DNA from: Mobula hypostoma
Taxonomy: Eukaryota
NCBI RefSeq assembly: GCF_963921235.1
Contig: NC_086097.1
Coordinates: 22,322,001 to 22,386,000, forward strand
DNA length: 64,000 bases
Direction of reading: 5' to 3'
Position numbers and translations under genes: made by a program. Under the pieces are notes generated by a model. It saw nothing but the letters and a program-made list of their open reading frames with translations. It did no database searches and was not told the DNA's origin. Shown piece by piece: positions 50,794 to 60,979 of this stretch. Every line of letters starts with the position of its first letter. The first letter of the stretch is position 1.

Positions 50794-51782
50794 CAGTGGT
50801 TCTCAACCTTTTTCTGCTTATAGCCCACTTGTGACTTTCATTTACCTCTGAGGTCCCCACTCTCCATAGTCTCCATCAGTTTATATGGTGAACAATACTA
50901 ATTACTCCAATATACAGTCAATATTTATGTTTTAACAGGTTAAAGGCATCCATTAGTCTTGCGAGACCATGGATCTGCGCCTGGAAAGCCTTCACTCTCC
51001 AGGGCGCAGGCCTGGGCAAGGTTGTATGGAATAACAGGTTACTGGTATTATAATATGTTAAGTATAATGTTACAGGATGTATATGAAAAAGAAAACTACT
51101 TCAAAGCTCTGAATAGGATAATTAATTTGTAATATATGTGATACTCTTCCAACAGCTATGAAAAGCACTTAATATTGTCACTTTGGGCTTATTAGGCAGT
51201 ATTTTTTAAAAATTTAATTTTTTAGGCAATTTTTAGATAAATTAAATTATATATGCAAATTCGATGTGGCAATAAAGAGTGTGTACTCACTAATTAAACT
51301 TCCTTTCAAAATATAATAATCAGGGATTTATGGCGGTAGATAGTGATGCTGTGGTAGATATCATCGCCACTCTGCGGTTTAGTCACTTCTGGCAGATGAC
51401 CCCACTGCCGTACCTGCAGCCTTCATGTCACATTTATAAGTATTATTACACGCACGGGTCGGTGGAAGGCAAACGGAACCAGCCTCCTGCTGCATAGCTG
51501 CCAATTGCCCTTGCTGCAGTCAGCCCTGCTCAATCTGAAGTTTGTGATTTGGGGGAAAGGGGCTCAGTGGGCCACCATCCAGGGTGTAAGTGGTCGAGCA
51601 GGAGCAGAGATAACGATTGATGTATCACACCCCCCCCCCCAACTGTGTTGCTGCCTCATTTGCATCATCTAGCATATTTTCCCATTTGTTTCATTCAGGG
51701 TTCCAGTTTTCCACTTGTGACCCCTACAAAATCAGACACGGCACCTTGGAGGGGGACACAAGGACAAAGTCGAGAACCGCTG
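50794..51782. mobile_element. Non-autonomous hAT element (same family as 28991) inserted in the Gypsy element
   Basis: TIRs CAGTGGTTCTCAAC (50794-50807) / GTCGAGAACCGCTG (51769-51782); left ~350 bp similar to 28991-29290; TSD not preserved. Confidence 0.82.
50943..51031. mobile_element. 89-bp structured insert (RTE 5'-end-like)
   Basis: Perfect 10-bp TSD TAACAGGTTA (50933-50942 / 51032-51041); empty site in the paralog at ~29135-29155. Confidence 0.75.
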
Positions 51783-52299
51783 AGCTGAAGGGCTGTTCCA
51801 TAAGACTCTTGTCAATTTGGAGGACCAGAGTGATGGACGTTCGAGGTCGGTGGGCATGTCCTGGTCAGTGGACAGCTAATCTATCAAGCGCTCCGAGACG
51901 CCGTGGTGGTAATGGGCCAACAGTGCTTCTACATTCCAGATGCATTCCACCACCGCTTCTTTTGAGCAAGCAAACTCTGCTAGGTTAATCAATGGTTCAC
52001 TTGTCCTGTCAGGAAATGTCAAGGAAGTTTGATCCAAACGCAGAGCCATGCAGACGGTTTATGTGAACTGTGTTTAATTGTGTTATAAGCTACAAAATGA
52101 CAAGCCGTGAGTGGCCACAAAACAAGAGAGAACAGATACTTAACACAACAGGGCAACATGGTACCTGAGGGCTAGGAGTGACTGGTTGAGGCTGATTGGG
52201 TCATATGAGTTATTAAGGATTGTAGTGAGAGCTTGGTTTAAATAGGCTGCAGGTGATAATTTGGAAATGAGTGACAGTTGACTCCTGTTACCTGGGCTG

Positions 52300-52880
52300 A
52301 GCTCTTCACTCAATCCTGGAACATCTGGACAGCAAAGATGAATAGATCAGGATGCTCTTTATTGACTACAGCTCAACATTCAATATCATCTTTCCTTCAA
52401 AACTAATCAATAAGCTTCAAGACCTCCTTGCGCAATAGGATCCTCTATTTTCTCACTTGCTGACCCTTATCGGTTCAGATCAGCAACAACATCTTCTCCA
52501 CAATCTCCGGAAGCACAGGTGCACCACATGGCTGTGTGTTTAGTCTGCTGTCCTACTCACTTTACACTCATGACTGTGAGGCTAAGCACAGCTCCAATGC
52601 CATACTTAAGTTTTGTCACTGGCTAAATCAAAGGTGGTGATGTACAGGAGGGAGATTGAAGTCTGGCTGCGTGGTGCCACAAACGCCACCTCTTACTCAT
52701 TGTCAGCAAGATCAAGGAGCCGATTAGTAGGAGGAAACCAGAGGTCTATGAGCAAGTCCTCATCAAAGGATCAGAGGTGGAGAGGGTCAGCGACTTTAAA
52801 TTCCTCTGCATTAACATTTCAGAGGACCTGTCCTGGGCTCACAACCTAAGTGCAATTACAAAGAAGGCACAGCAGCACCA
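52300..52880 (+). mobile_element. Rex1/Babar RT fragment
   Basis: MLFIDYSSTFN, GAPHGCV and ERVSDFKFL motifs. Confidence 0.8.
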
Positions 52881-52899
52881 CACTTTAAAACTATCCAAG

Positions 52900-53260
52900 T
52901 TAACTCCGTTCACTTCCCTCTTTTTCTATTCCCACTATTCTTTTTCTATTTATCTTCTCAGCCCTTCTCTTTTCCTCACCTGCTCATCACCTCATTCTGG
53001 TGCCCTTCCTCCATCCCTTTCTCCCATAGTCCACTCTCCTCTCCTATTAAGTTCCTTCTTTTTCAGCCCTTTTCTTCTTCTATCTAACACCTTCCAGCTT
53101 CTCACTTCATTCCCCTCCCCCCACCCCCCACCTTCCCCATCACCCTCCTTCCCCTCCCCCTACCTTCTTAGTCTGGCTTCCTCTCCTTCCCTTTCCGGTC
53201 CTGATGAAGAGTCTTGGCTGTAAACATTGACTCTTCATAGATGTTGCCTGACTTGCTAAA
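52900..53260 (+). mobile_element. Old Penelope pseudo-LTR copy
   Basis: Pyrimidine-rich pLTR followed by GTCCTGATGAAGAGTCTTGGC (decayed hammerhead). Confidence 0.65.
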
Positions 53261-53530
53261 TTAGACCATAAGACCATAAGAGATAGGAGCTATTTGGCCC
53301 ATCGATTCTTTCCACACTTTGTCTGCTTTACTGTGGGTTCCCAGCATCTGGAGAATCTCTTGTGTTTATAATTGTCTACAAAGTGCTTCGTATTCTGATG
53401 AAGTTGCTGCATTTTTTTATATATAGCCCTCTCTGAGTATAAATATACATGTTCGCTAAATGCACAGTTAAACTCAAGGCCCCAGAGGCTAAGTTTGCTG
53501 ACTTTATATTCTTTTATTTCTTGTCTGCAG

Positions 53531-53600
53531 GTTCGGTGAGAAATTGGGTCAACTAAATGAAGTGACGGAATATCATCGTCTAGCTTGTGGGGAGAACTAA
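53531..53600 (+). CDS. Candidate terminal coding exon D (FGEKLGQLNEVTEYHRLACGEN*)
   Basis: Strong acceptor CTTTTATTTCTTGTCTGCAG; phase 2 start; TAA at 53598-53600; AATAAA at 53723-53728 in non-repeat DNA. Confidence 0.55.
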
Positions 53601-53824
53601 TGTAGTTTTTGACCTTGATGTATTAAACCATGAATTATTCTTCAAGCTACATTTGGTTTCAGTGGTAGTAACAGTAACAGATCTGTACATATCCTCTACC
53701 CACTCTAGTTGCTGTTAGATCAAATAAAGTAGACCAGTGTCAGCTTGATCCAGCTGTCAAGAATCAGAGCTCAGATCACTCTATCCTTGTGTCTAACTAA
53801 AGACAGAAATCTGTAAATGGAAAC

Positions 53825-54375
53825 ATATGGCCTGGGATGGATGCAGCAATGCCCTGGAATGGAAAAGATTACAGAAAGTGATGGATACAGCCCAATCTAT
53901 CACAGACAAAGCTCTTCTCTCCAGTGCGTTCATTTACATGGAGTGCTGCCACAAGAAAGCAGCATCTATCGTCAAAGTCCCCCGCCATCCAGTCCATGCC
54001 CTCTTCTCACTACTACCATCAGAATGGAAGAACAGGAGCCTCAGGTCCCTCACCACCAGATTCAGGGACAGTTATTACCCTACAAACATCAGGCTCCTGA
54101 ACCAGTGTGGATAACTTCACTCACCTCAACTCTGAACTGATTCTACCATTGACAGAGTTACTTTCAAAGACCCTTTCCAACTCATGTTCTCAGTATTTTA
54201 ATTTGTAGTTTGTCTTCTATTGTCAGTCTTGTCTGCTACGTACACTTTCTCATATAATTCTATTGAATTTGATTCTTTTTTCCCGTAAATGCCTGCAAGA
54301 AGATAAATCTCAAAATAGTACGAAACTGTTATCATAGATATACTCACTTAAATAATAAATTTATTTTGAACTTTA
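53825..54375 (+). mobile_element. Rex1/Babar 3' fragment
   Basis: RLQKVMDTAQSIT..HPVHALFSLLPS..RFRDSYYP. Confidence 0.85.
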
Positions 54376-54406
54376 TGAAGTAATAAAAGTAAAGACAAAC
54401 TATGTA

Positions 54407-54558
54407 CAGGTCGACCTTCACTAATCCGGCACCATTGGGACCTGAGGAGTGCTGGATTAGTGAAAACGCCGAATTACAGAAGGATCACGTTAAGCATAAT
54501 CAGTGCTGGATTATCGAAGGAACCGGATTACAGGTAGTCGGATTAGTGAAGGTCCGAA
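54407..54558. mobile_element. Small TcMar/Tigger-like MITE
   Basis: TA followed by CAGGTC start; perfect 16-bp inverted repeat GACCTTCACTAATCCG (54413-54428) / CGGATTAGTGAAGGTC (54539-54554); internal GTGCTGGATTA repeats. Confidence 0.7.
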
Positions 54559-55171
54559 GAGTTTCATGGCTTGGTAGCTGAAAGATACATAAGGAATGGC
54601 ACCGGGACTTGGGGGAAAACACGCGGGAGGACTGACTGGTGAGAAATGAGTCATGGTTAGAGGAGACTGAAGGGAAATATTCACACATCATTACCAGAAC
54701 CATCTTTGTTCCAAATGTGTAATATTGACCTGGATTCAGAAACACAATGCAACATGATCAAATTTTCCAACAAAACCAAATAGGTGAGGGGAAAATAGGA
54801 AGATAGAAAGGTAGATAAGCTTTATTTCTCACTCACATGGCACAGCACAGCAGTGCATCTATGTTCTTAGCAGTTTACAAAGAATCAGCATGCCATCTAA
54901 AACTTTGGCAAACTTTTATGGATAGGAGGTGGAAAGTACATTGACAGGTTGTATCAGGCATGGTATAGCAATACCAGTGCCCTTGAATGGAAATGCCTAC
55001 AAAGTAGGAGATACAGCCCAGTCCACCATTGAGCATGTCTATATGGAGCATTGTCACAGGAAAGCAGCACCTATCATCAAGGACCCCCGTCATTCAGACC
55101 ATGCTCTCTTCTTACTGCTGTCATCAGGAAGGAGGTGCACAATCCTCAGGACCTATACCACCAGGTTCAGG

Positions 55172-55824
55172 CGCAAACACGAGGAAATCTGCAGATGTTA
55201 GAAATTCAAGCAACACACATCAAAGTCTGCCAGAAAAAGCAGGATCTCCCAGTGGCCACACATTTTAATTCCACATCCCATTCCCATTCCGATATGACTA
55301 TACATGGCCTCCTCTACTGTAAAGATGAAGCCACACTCAGGTTGGAGGAACAACACCTTATATTCCGTCTGGGTAGTCTCCAGCCTGATGGCATGAACAT
55401 TGACTTCTCAAACTTCTGCTAATGCGCCACATCCCCCTCGTACCCCATCCGTTATTTATTTAGATACACACATTCTTTTTCTTTTTCTCTCTCTCCTTTT
55501 TCTCCCTCTGTCCCTCTGACTATACCCCTTGCCCATCCTCTGGATTTCCCCCCCTCCCCCTTTCCTTTCTCCCTAGGCCTCCTGTCCCATGATCCTCTCA
55601 AATCCCTTTTGCCGATCACCTGTCCAGCTCTTGGCTCCATCCCTCCCCCTCCTGTCTTCTCCTATCATTTCGGATCTCTCCCTCCCGCTCCCACTTTCAA
55701 ATCTCTTACTAGCTCTTCTTTCAGTTGGTCCTGACGACGGGTCTCGGCCCGAAACGTCGACTGTACCTCTTCCTAGAGATGCTGCCTGGCCTGCTGCGTT
55801 CACCAGCAACTTTGATGTGTGTTG
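55172..55824 (+). mobile_element. 5'-truncated Penelope-like element with inverted tail at the 5' junction
   Basis: GIY-YIG C-terminus PVATHFN..LGSLQPDGMNIDFSNF plus pLTR; inverted tail 55174-55226; TSD CCACCAGGTTCAGG (55158-55171) / CCACCGGGTTCAGG (55825-55838). Confidence 0.92.
55726..55763 (+). ncRNA. Minimal type-I hammerhead ribozyme motif (best-preserved copy)
   Basis: TGGTC CTGACGA C GGGT CTCG GCCC GAA ACGT C GACTG; predicted cleavage 3' of C55758. Confidence 0.8.
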
Positions 55825-56635
55825 CCACCGGGTTCAGGAACAGTTATTACCCCTCATCCATCAGGCTCTTGAACCAGATGCCTCAGGACCCACACCACCA
55901 GGTTCAGGGACAGCTATTAGGCCTCAACCATCAGGTTCTTGAACCAGAGGGGATAACTTCACTCAACTTAACTCATTGCATCACTGAACTATTCCCACAA
56001 CCTATGGACTCACTTTTAAGGACTCTTCATTTCATGTTTTTGATAATTTTTTCTTATCAATATTACCTTTGTATTTTTTTTCTCATTCTCAAGCTGGTAA
56101 AACCTGATATACAGGCAAAGCCAAACATAGTCATTTATCAATTGTTCGGAATTTACAGACTATTCTTGATGGTTGATATAGTGGGTTTCTAGGGATTTAC
56201 ATAAATATTGTTGTTTAGACTTAATTGTTTAACACTATTGCATGGTGACTTTAGGATGATCCCAGTAGTAGATATTACTATTGGAACAATGTATACCCTG
56301 TTCATGTTCCAAAGTCTTTCAATTTCCTTTTTTAATTCAGCATATTTCTGATGTTTTTCACTTATTAATTTTGTATATTATGTGTGTTTGGAATGGTTAT
56401 ATCTATTAAATATATTGTTCTTGCTTGTTTACCCTGTAATATTATATCCATACAGTTATTATGGATTGCCCTATCTGCAATAATAGATTGATCACAAAAT
56501 AATGTGTGGGACATTGACTGGATCAGGCCTGTATTTATAGTAAGGTATGGCGTCTTTTATGACCTTATTCTTTAGAGTAAGGTATGGTGTACTTTATAGT
56601 AAGGTATGGTGTCTTTTATGACTTTGTACTTTGGG

Positions 56636-57005
56636 CTGCGTTGTAGAATTTGGAAATGCTATGTCTGGAGCAGTCTGTTATATGGAGTCGAATCGTGGAC
56701 CTTATGCAAGGAAGCGCAACGACGACTGGAGGCATTTGAAATGTGGTGTTTAATGAGAATGCAGAAAATTAGGTGGGTGATGAAGGTCAGTAATATGGAA
56801 GGGTTGAAGAGAGTGAGGAGAGAAAAGGAGTTGCTGAAGAATGTGCAGAAAAGGAAGCTCGAGTATGCCGGGCACTTGTTAAGAGGTGGTGGACTGCAGA
56901 AATTGTTATTGGAAGGGATGATAGAAGGAAAGAGGGAAAGAGGAAGGCAGTGAACCACTTGGTACGATAATGTGAGACAACGGACTGGGTTGAGTTATGC
57001 TGAGG
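56636..57005 (+). mobile_element. RTE-clade LINE 3' fragment
   Basis: KCYVWSSLLYGVESWTL..RLEAFEMWC..GH.LR..EGKRERGR. Confidence 0.85.
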
Positions 57006-58952
57006 CAGGAAACAGGAGGGGCTCATGATAAATATAGGGTAGCCAGGAAGGAGCTTATGAAAGGACTTAGGAGAGCTTGAAGGGGGCATGAGAAGGCCTT
57101 GGCATGTAGGATTAAGGAGAACCCCAAGGCGCTCTATGCGTATGTGAAGAACAGAAGGATGAGAAGAATGAAGGTGGGGCCGCTAAAGGATAAAGAAGGC
57201 AACATGTGCCTGGAGGCAGAGGAGGTTGGGGAGGTCCTAAATGAATACTTTGCTTCAGTATTCACAAGTGAAAAGGACCTTGATCAGGGTGAGGTCGAAA
57301 TAGAACAGGCCTGTGTGCTGGACAGTGGGGAGATTAAGGAAGAAGAAGTGTTCTTAAGATCTTCTTAAAAACATCAAGATTGATAAGTCCCCAGGGCCGG
57401 TCGTGATATACCCCAGGTTGCTGTGGGAAGTGAGAGAAGAGATCGCTGGAGCAGTAGCTATGATCTTTGAATCTTCTTTGGCAGCAGGGGAGGTGCCGGA
57501 GGATTGGAGAATGGCAAATGTAGTTCCCTTGTTTAAAAAAGGTAATAGGGAGAATCCTGGGAACTATAGATCAGTGAGTCTTACATCGGTGGTCTGCAAA
57601 CTATTGGAAAGGATTCTTAAGGATAGGATCTACGAACATTTGGAGAAGTACAGTCTACTCAAGGATAGTCAACATGGCTTTGTGAAGGGAAGGTCGTGCC
57701 TCACGAGCCTAATTGAGTATTTTGAAGAGGTAACAAAAGAAAGTGATGAGGGTAGGGCGGTAGATGTGGTCTACATGGATATTAGCAAGGCATTTGACAA
57801 GGTCCCCCACGAGAGACTCATCCAGAAAGTCATGAGGCATAGGATCAGTGGAACCTTGGCTGTTTGGATAAAAAATTGGCTTACAGGAAGAAAGCAGAGG
57901 GTAGTAGTGGAAGGAAAGTTTTTGCCTGGAGGTCGGTGACTAGTGGAGTGCAGCAAGGATCTGTCCTGGGTCCCCTGCTCGTTGTGATTTTTATAAATGA
58001 CCTGGATGAAGAGGTGGAAGGATGGGTGAGTAAGTTTGTGGATGACACGAAGATTGGAGGAGTTGTGGATGGAGTTGTAGGTTGTCGAAGGTTACAAGAG
58101 GATAAAGACAAGATGCAGAGTTGGGCAGAAAAGTGGCAGACGGAGTTCAATCTGGATAAGTGTGAGGTGATGCATTTTGGAAGGACAAACCAGAAGGCTG
58201 AGTACAGGGTTAATGGTCGGTTACTTAAGAGTGTGGATGAACAGAGTGACCTTGGGGTTCAAATCCATACATCCCTCAAGGTCACTGCACAGGTTGATAG
58301 GATAGTTAAGAAGGCCTATGGGATGCTAGGCTTCATTAATGGGGGGATTGTTCAAGATAGAGAGGTCATGTTGCAACTCTACAAATCTCTGGTGAGACCG
58401 CACTCACAGTATTGTGTTCAGTTCTGGTCACCTCAGTATAGGAAGGATGTGGAAGCTATGGAGAGGGTGCAGAGGAGATTTACCAGGATGTTGCCTGGAT
58501 TGGAAAACAGGTCTTATGAGGCAAGGATAGCAGAGCTATGTCTTTTCTCTTTGGAGCATAGAACGATCAGAGGGGACTTGATAGAGGTCTACAAGATTAT
58601 GAAAGGCATAGATAGGGTGGATAGCCAGTACCTGTTTCCCAGGGCACGAATAACAAATACCAGAGGGCATATGCACAAAATTAAGGGAGGGAAGTTTAGG
58701 GTAGACATCAGGAGTAAGTTTTTTACACAGAAGGTTGTGGGTGCCTGGAATGACTTGCCAGGGATGGTGGTGGAGGCTAAAACATTAGGGGTATTTAAGA
58801 GCCTCTTGGACAGGCACATGGATGAAAGAAAAATAGAGGGTTACGGGGTAGTGTGGGTTTAGTACTTTTTTTTAAGGAATATATGGGTCGGCACAACATC
58901 GAGGGCCAAAGGGCCTGTACAGTGCTGTAGTATTCTAGTGTCTAGTGTCTAG
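57005..58952 (+). mobile_element. CR1 LINE ORF2 RT about 1.95 kb
   Basis: ORFs 57403-57939 and 57864-58862: PGNYRSVSLTSVV, KAFDKVPH, QGSVLGP, KFVDDTK; (CTAGTGT)n tail. Confidence 0.95.
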
Positions 58953-60215
58953 TTTCTCGTCCTCCTTCTGTCCTAGATAATGTTAATCTAAATGTGTTTG
59001 AGTGTACATAGAGTTTTCTAAAATTTGTCATTTCAGTTCTTATTTTTCTTTGTAAATTTTCCAGATCAGTTTCAGACCAAGATATTATGCCAGAAGAATA
59101 TGTTAATATGGGTAGAGCAAAGTGTTTATTGTCTTTGTTATAGTTTTACCATTGAGCTCAGTTTGACAGATTTTTTTTAGCCTAGAAGTAAATTCTAGTG
59201 AATGTTTACTCTTTATTGAACTATGATCTATTTTCTTTGCTTGTTGATATCCCAGGTGCTTATCTGCTTCATATTCAACCACCAGTTGAATTGTATCCTA
59301 CTGCTCTGTTTCAGATTCTATTAGCTGTATGGGACTTTTCTTTATGTTTAATGTTGTGCACTTCTCTAGTCCAAAGTTCATACTTAAACCTTTAGAAAAT
59401 AGTTTGAATTAATTGCTTTAGCTTTACTGATGAAGGAGCATATCATTTCAAATGATCCATGTATAGAAGGTGTGTCAAGGTAAAATTCATTAGGTTATTT
59501 CTGATTTCATACCTTATTTTTGGTCAATTCAGTAAATTTAAAGCTAGACAGAACCATAGTAGATTTGCCCTGGAAAATACCTCGGTTTATTTTGATAATG
59601 GTGGTTTGTTCTTTATTGATTGTTAATAGACAGGGTGATTATAATACGCCAATGTTTCATCAGATGTTGCAAGAATTTCACAAGTATTGGGTGTAGTTTA
59701 TATATATTAACAACTTCTATTAGTCACGAGTTGGGGCAGAATTAAATGCTTTTTGGTAGTCACATGAAAGATTTCTGCTTTTCCACCGGGCTTGATTTAG
59801 AATTACAGAATCTATTATCAGTTGTTCTTTACATCCTTTCGTATCCTTATAGCATCCTGTCTGTTCTTCGGTAAGTACGTTGTGGTTTTCCAAGTGAGTG
59901 GTGATTAGCTGCGAGATACATGATGCTACAATATAATAAGGTTTTTAAACAATTAATAGGATGAAATTTTGATGGGTCATTTGTGATTTCTCCTTTCGGT
60001 AAGAGATTATATGTTTTATCTTTATCAAAACTTCAAGCAATTTTTCAGGATTTTTAAGAAAAATGTTGATATGCATTAATAGGTATGGATGAAGGCAAGT
60101 CAATTTTTATACCAATAATATGAATATTACCGCTGTCTGTATTTTTCCAGTTGTAGGTATTTTTTATAACCACTTTAGCAAATCCATTGTAACTTCAGGC
60201 GTTTGCATATCTTTA

Positions 60216-60217
<2 letters not shown>

Positions 60218-60253
<36 letters not shown>
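60218..60253. repeat. (TG)18 microsatellite
   Basis: Direct reading. Confidence 0.95.
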
Positions 60254-60254
<1 letters not shown>

Positions 60255-60483
60255 TTGGGGGGGTGGGGTGTTCTTTTTCCTCCCTCATCCAGCTTGCTTC
60301 TTGGTTGTGTGTCACCCTGTTTGACCAGATATTAGACCAAAAGTTGATAATCTCTATTTCTGGGAATTCTGTGCTAGGGTTAGTGACACTTTGATATGTC
60401 GAATTGATTCATTTATAGAATCACATTCACAGTAGAACAAAGAAATACAATGGAATTACAGGCAGCATCTCTAGGAAGAGGTA

Positions 60484-60521
60484 CAGTTGATGTTTCGGGC
60501 TGAGACCCTTCATCAGGACTA
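60484..60521 (-). ncRNA. Hammerhead motif (core intact; stem I first pair and helix III mutated)
   Basis: Minus strand TAGTC CTGATGA AGGGTCTCAGCCC GAA ACAT C AACTG. Confidence 0.5.
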
Positions 60522-60832
60522 ACTGAAGGAAGAGCTAGTAAGAGATTTGACAGTGGGAGGGGGAGGGGGAGGGGAGGGGGAGATCCAAAATGATAGGAGA
60601 AGACAGGAGGGGAGGGATGGAGCCAAGAGCAGGACAGTTGATTGGCAAAAGGGATATGAGAGGATCATGGGACAGGAGGCCCAGGGAGAAAGAAAAGGGG
60701 AAGGGGGGAAAACCCAGAGGATGGGCAAAGGGTATAGTGAGAGGGACAGAGGGAGAAAAAGGAGAGAGAGAGAAAGAATGTGTATATATAAATAAATAAC
60801 GGATGGGGTACAAGGGGGAGGTGGGTTTCAGT

Positions 60833-60870
60833 TAGTCCTGACGAAGGGTCTCGGCCTGAAACGTTGACTG
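60833..60870 (+). ncRNA. Hammerhead motif (core intact, GUU triplet)
   Basis: TAGTC CTGACGA AGGGTCTCGGCCT GAA ACGT T GACTG. Confidence 0.7.
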
Positions 60871-60979
60871 TGCCTCTTCCTAGAGATGCTGCCTGGCCTG
60901 CTGCGTTCACCAGCAACTTTGATGTGTGTTGCTTGAATTTCCAGCATCTGCAGAATTCTTCGTGTTTACAATGGAATTG

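Larger units (their letters stand above)
48105..52300 (-). mobile_element. Gypsy chromovirus-type LTR retrotransposon, decayed, with both LTRs
   Basis: Integrase VVDRCSKASHFIALPKLPSAAETA..SDRGP; chromodomain LVDWEG.G.EERSWVP. LTR ending CCTGACA (48424) next to a polypurine tract; second LTR starting TGTCAGG (52007); shared LTR blocks. Confidence 0.88.
54875..56060 (+). mobile_element. Rex1/Babar 3' fragment hosting a Penelope insertion
   Basis: ESTLTGCI..IIKDPRH..SGRR; ~70-bp tandem duplication at 55825-55948. Confidence 0.8.
60458..60966. mobile_element. Non-coding Penelope-derived unit made of two inverted pLTR arms
   Basis: Perfect 12-bp TSD TACAATGGAATT (60446-60457 / 60967-60978); inverted arms 60459-60527 and 60827-60895. 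Confidence 0.9.

Noticed and set aside
57864..58862. Longest ORF (332 aa) as a host or domesticated gene
   Set aside because: It is the frameshifted CR1 ORF2 3' half with a normal CR1 tail.
266..60870. Repeated palindromic ~38-bp motif as a CRISPR array or bacterial REP element
   Set aside because: Copies are dispersed kilobases apart on both strands inside retroelement tails. There are no regular spacers or cas genes, and the DNA is vertebrate.
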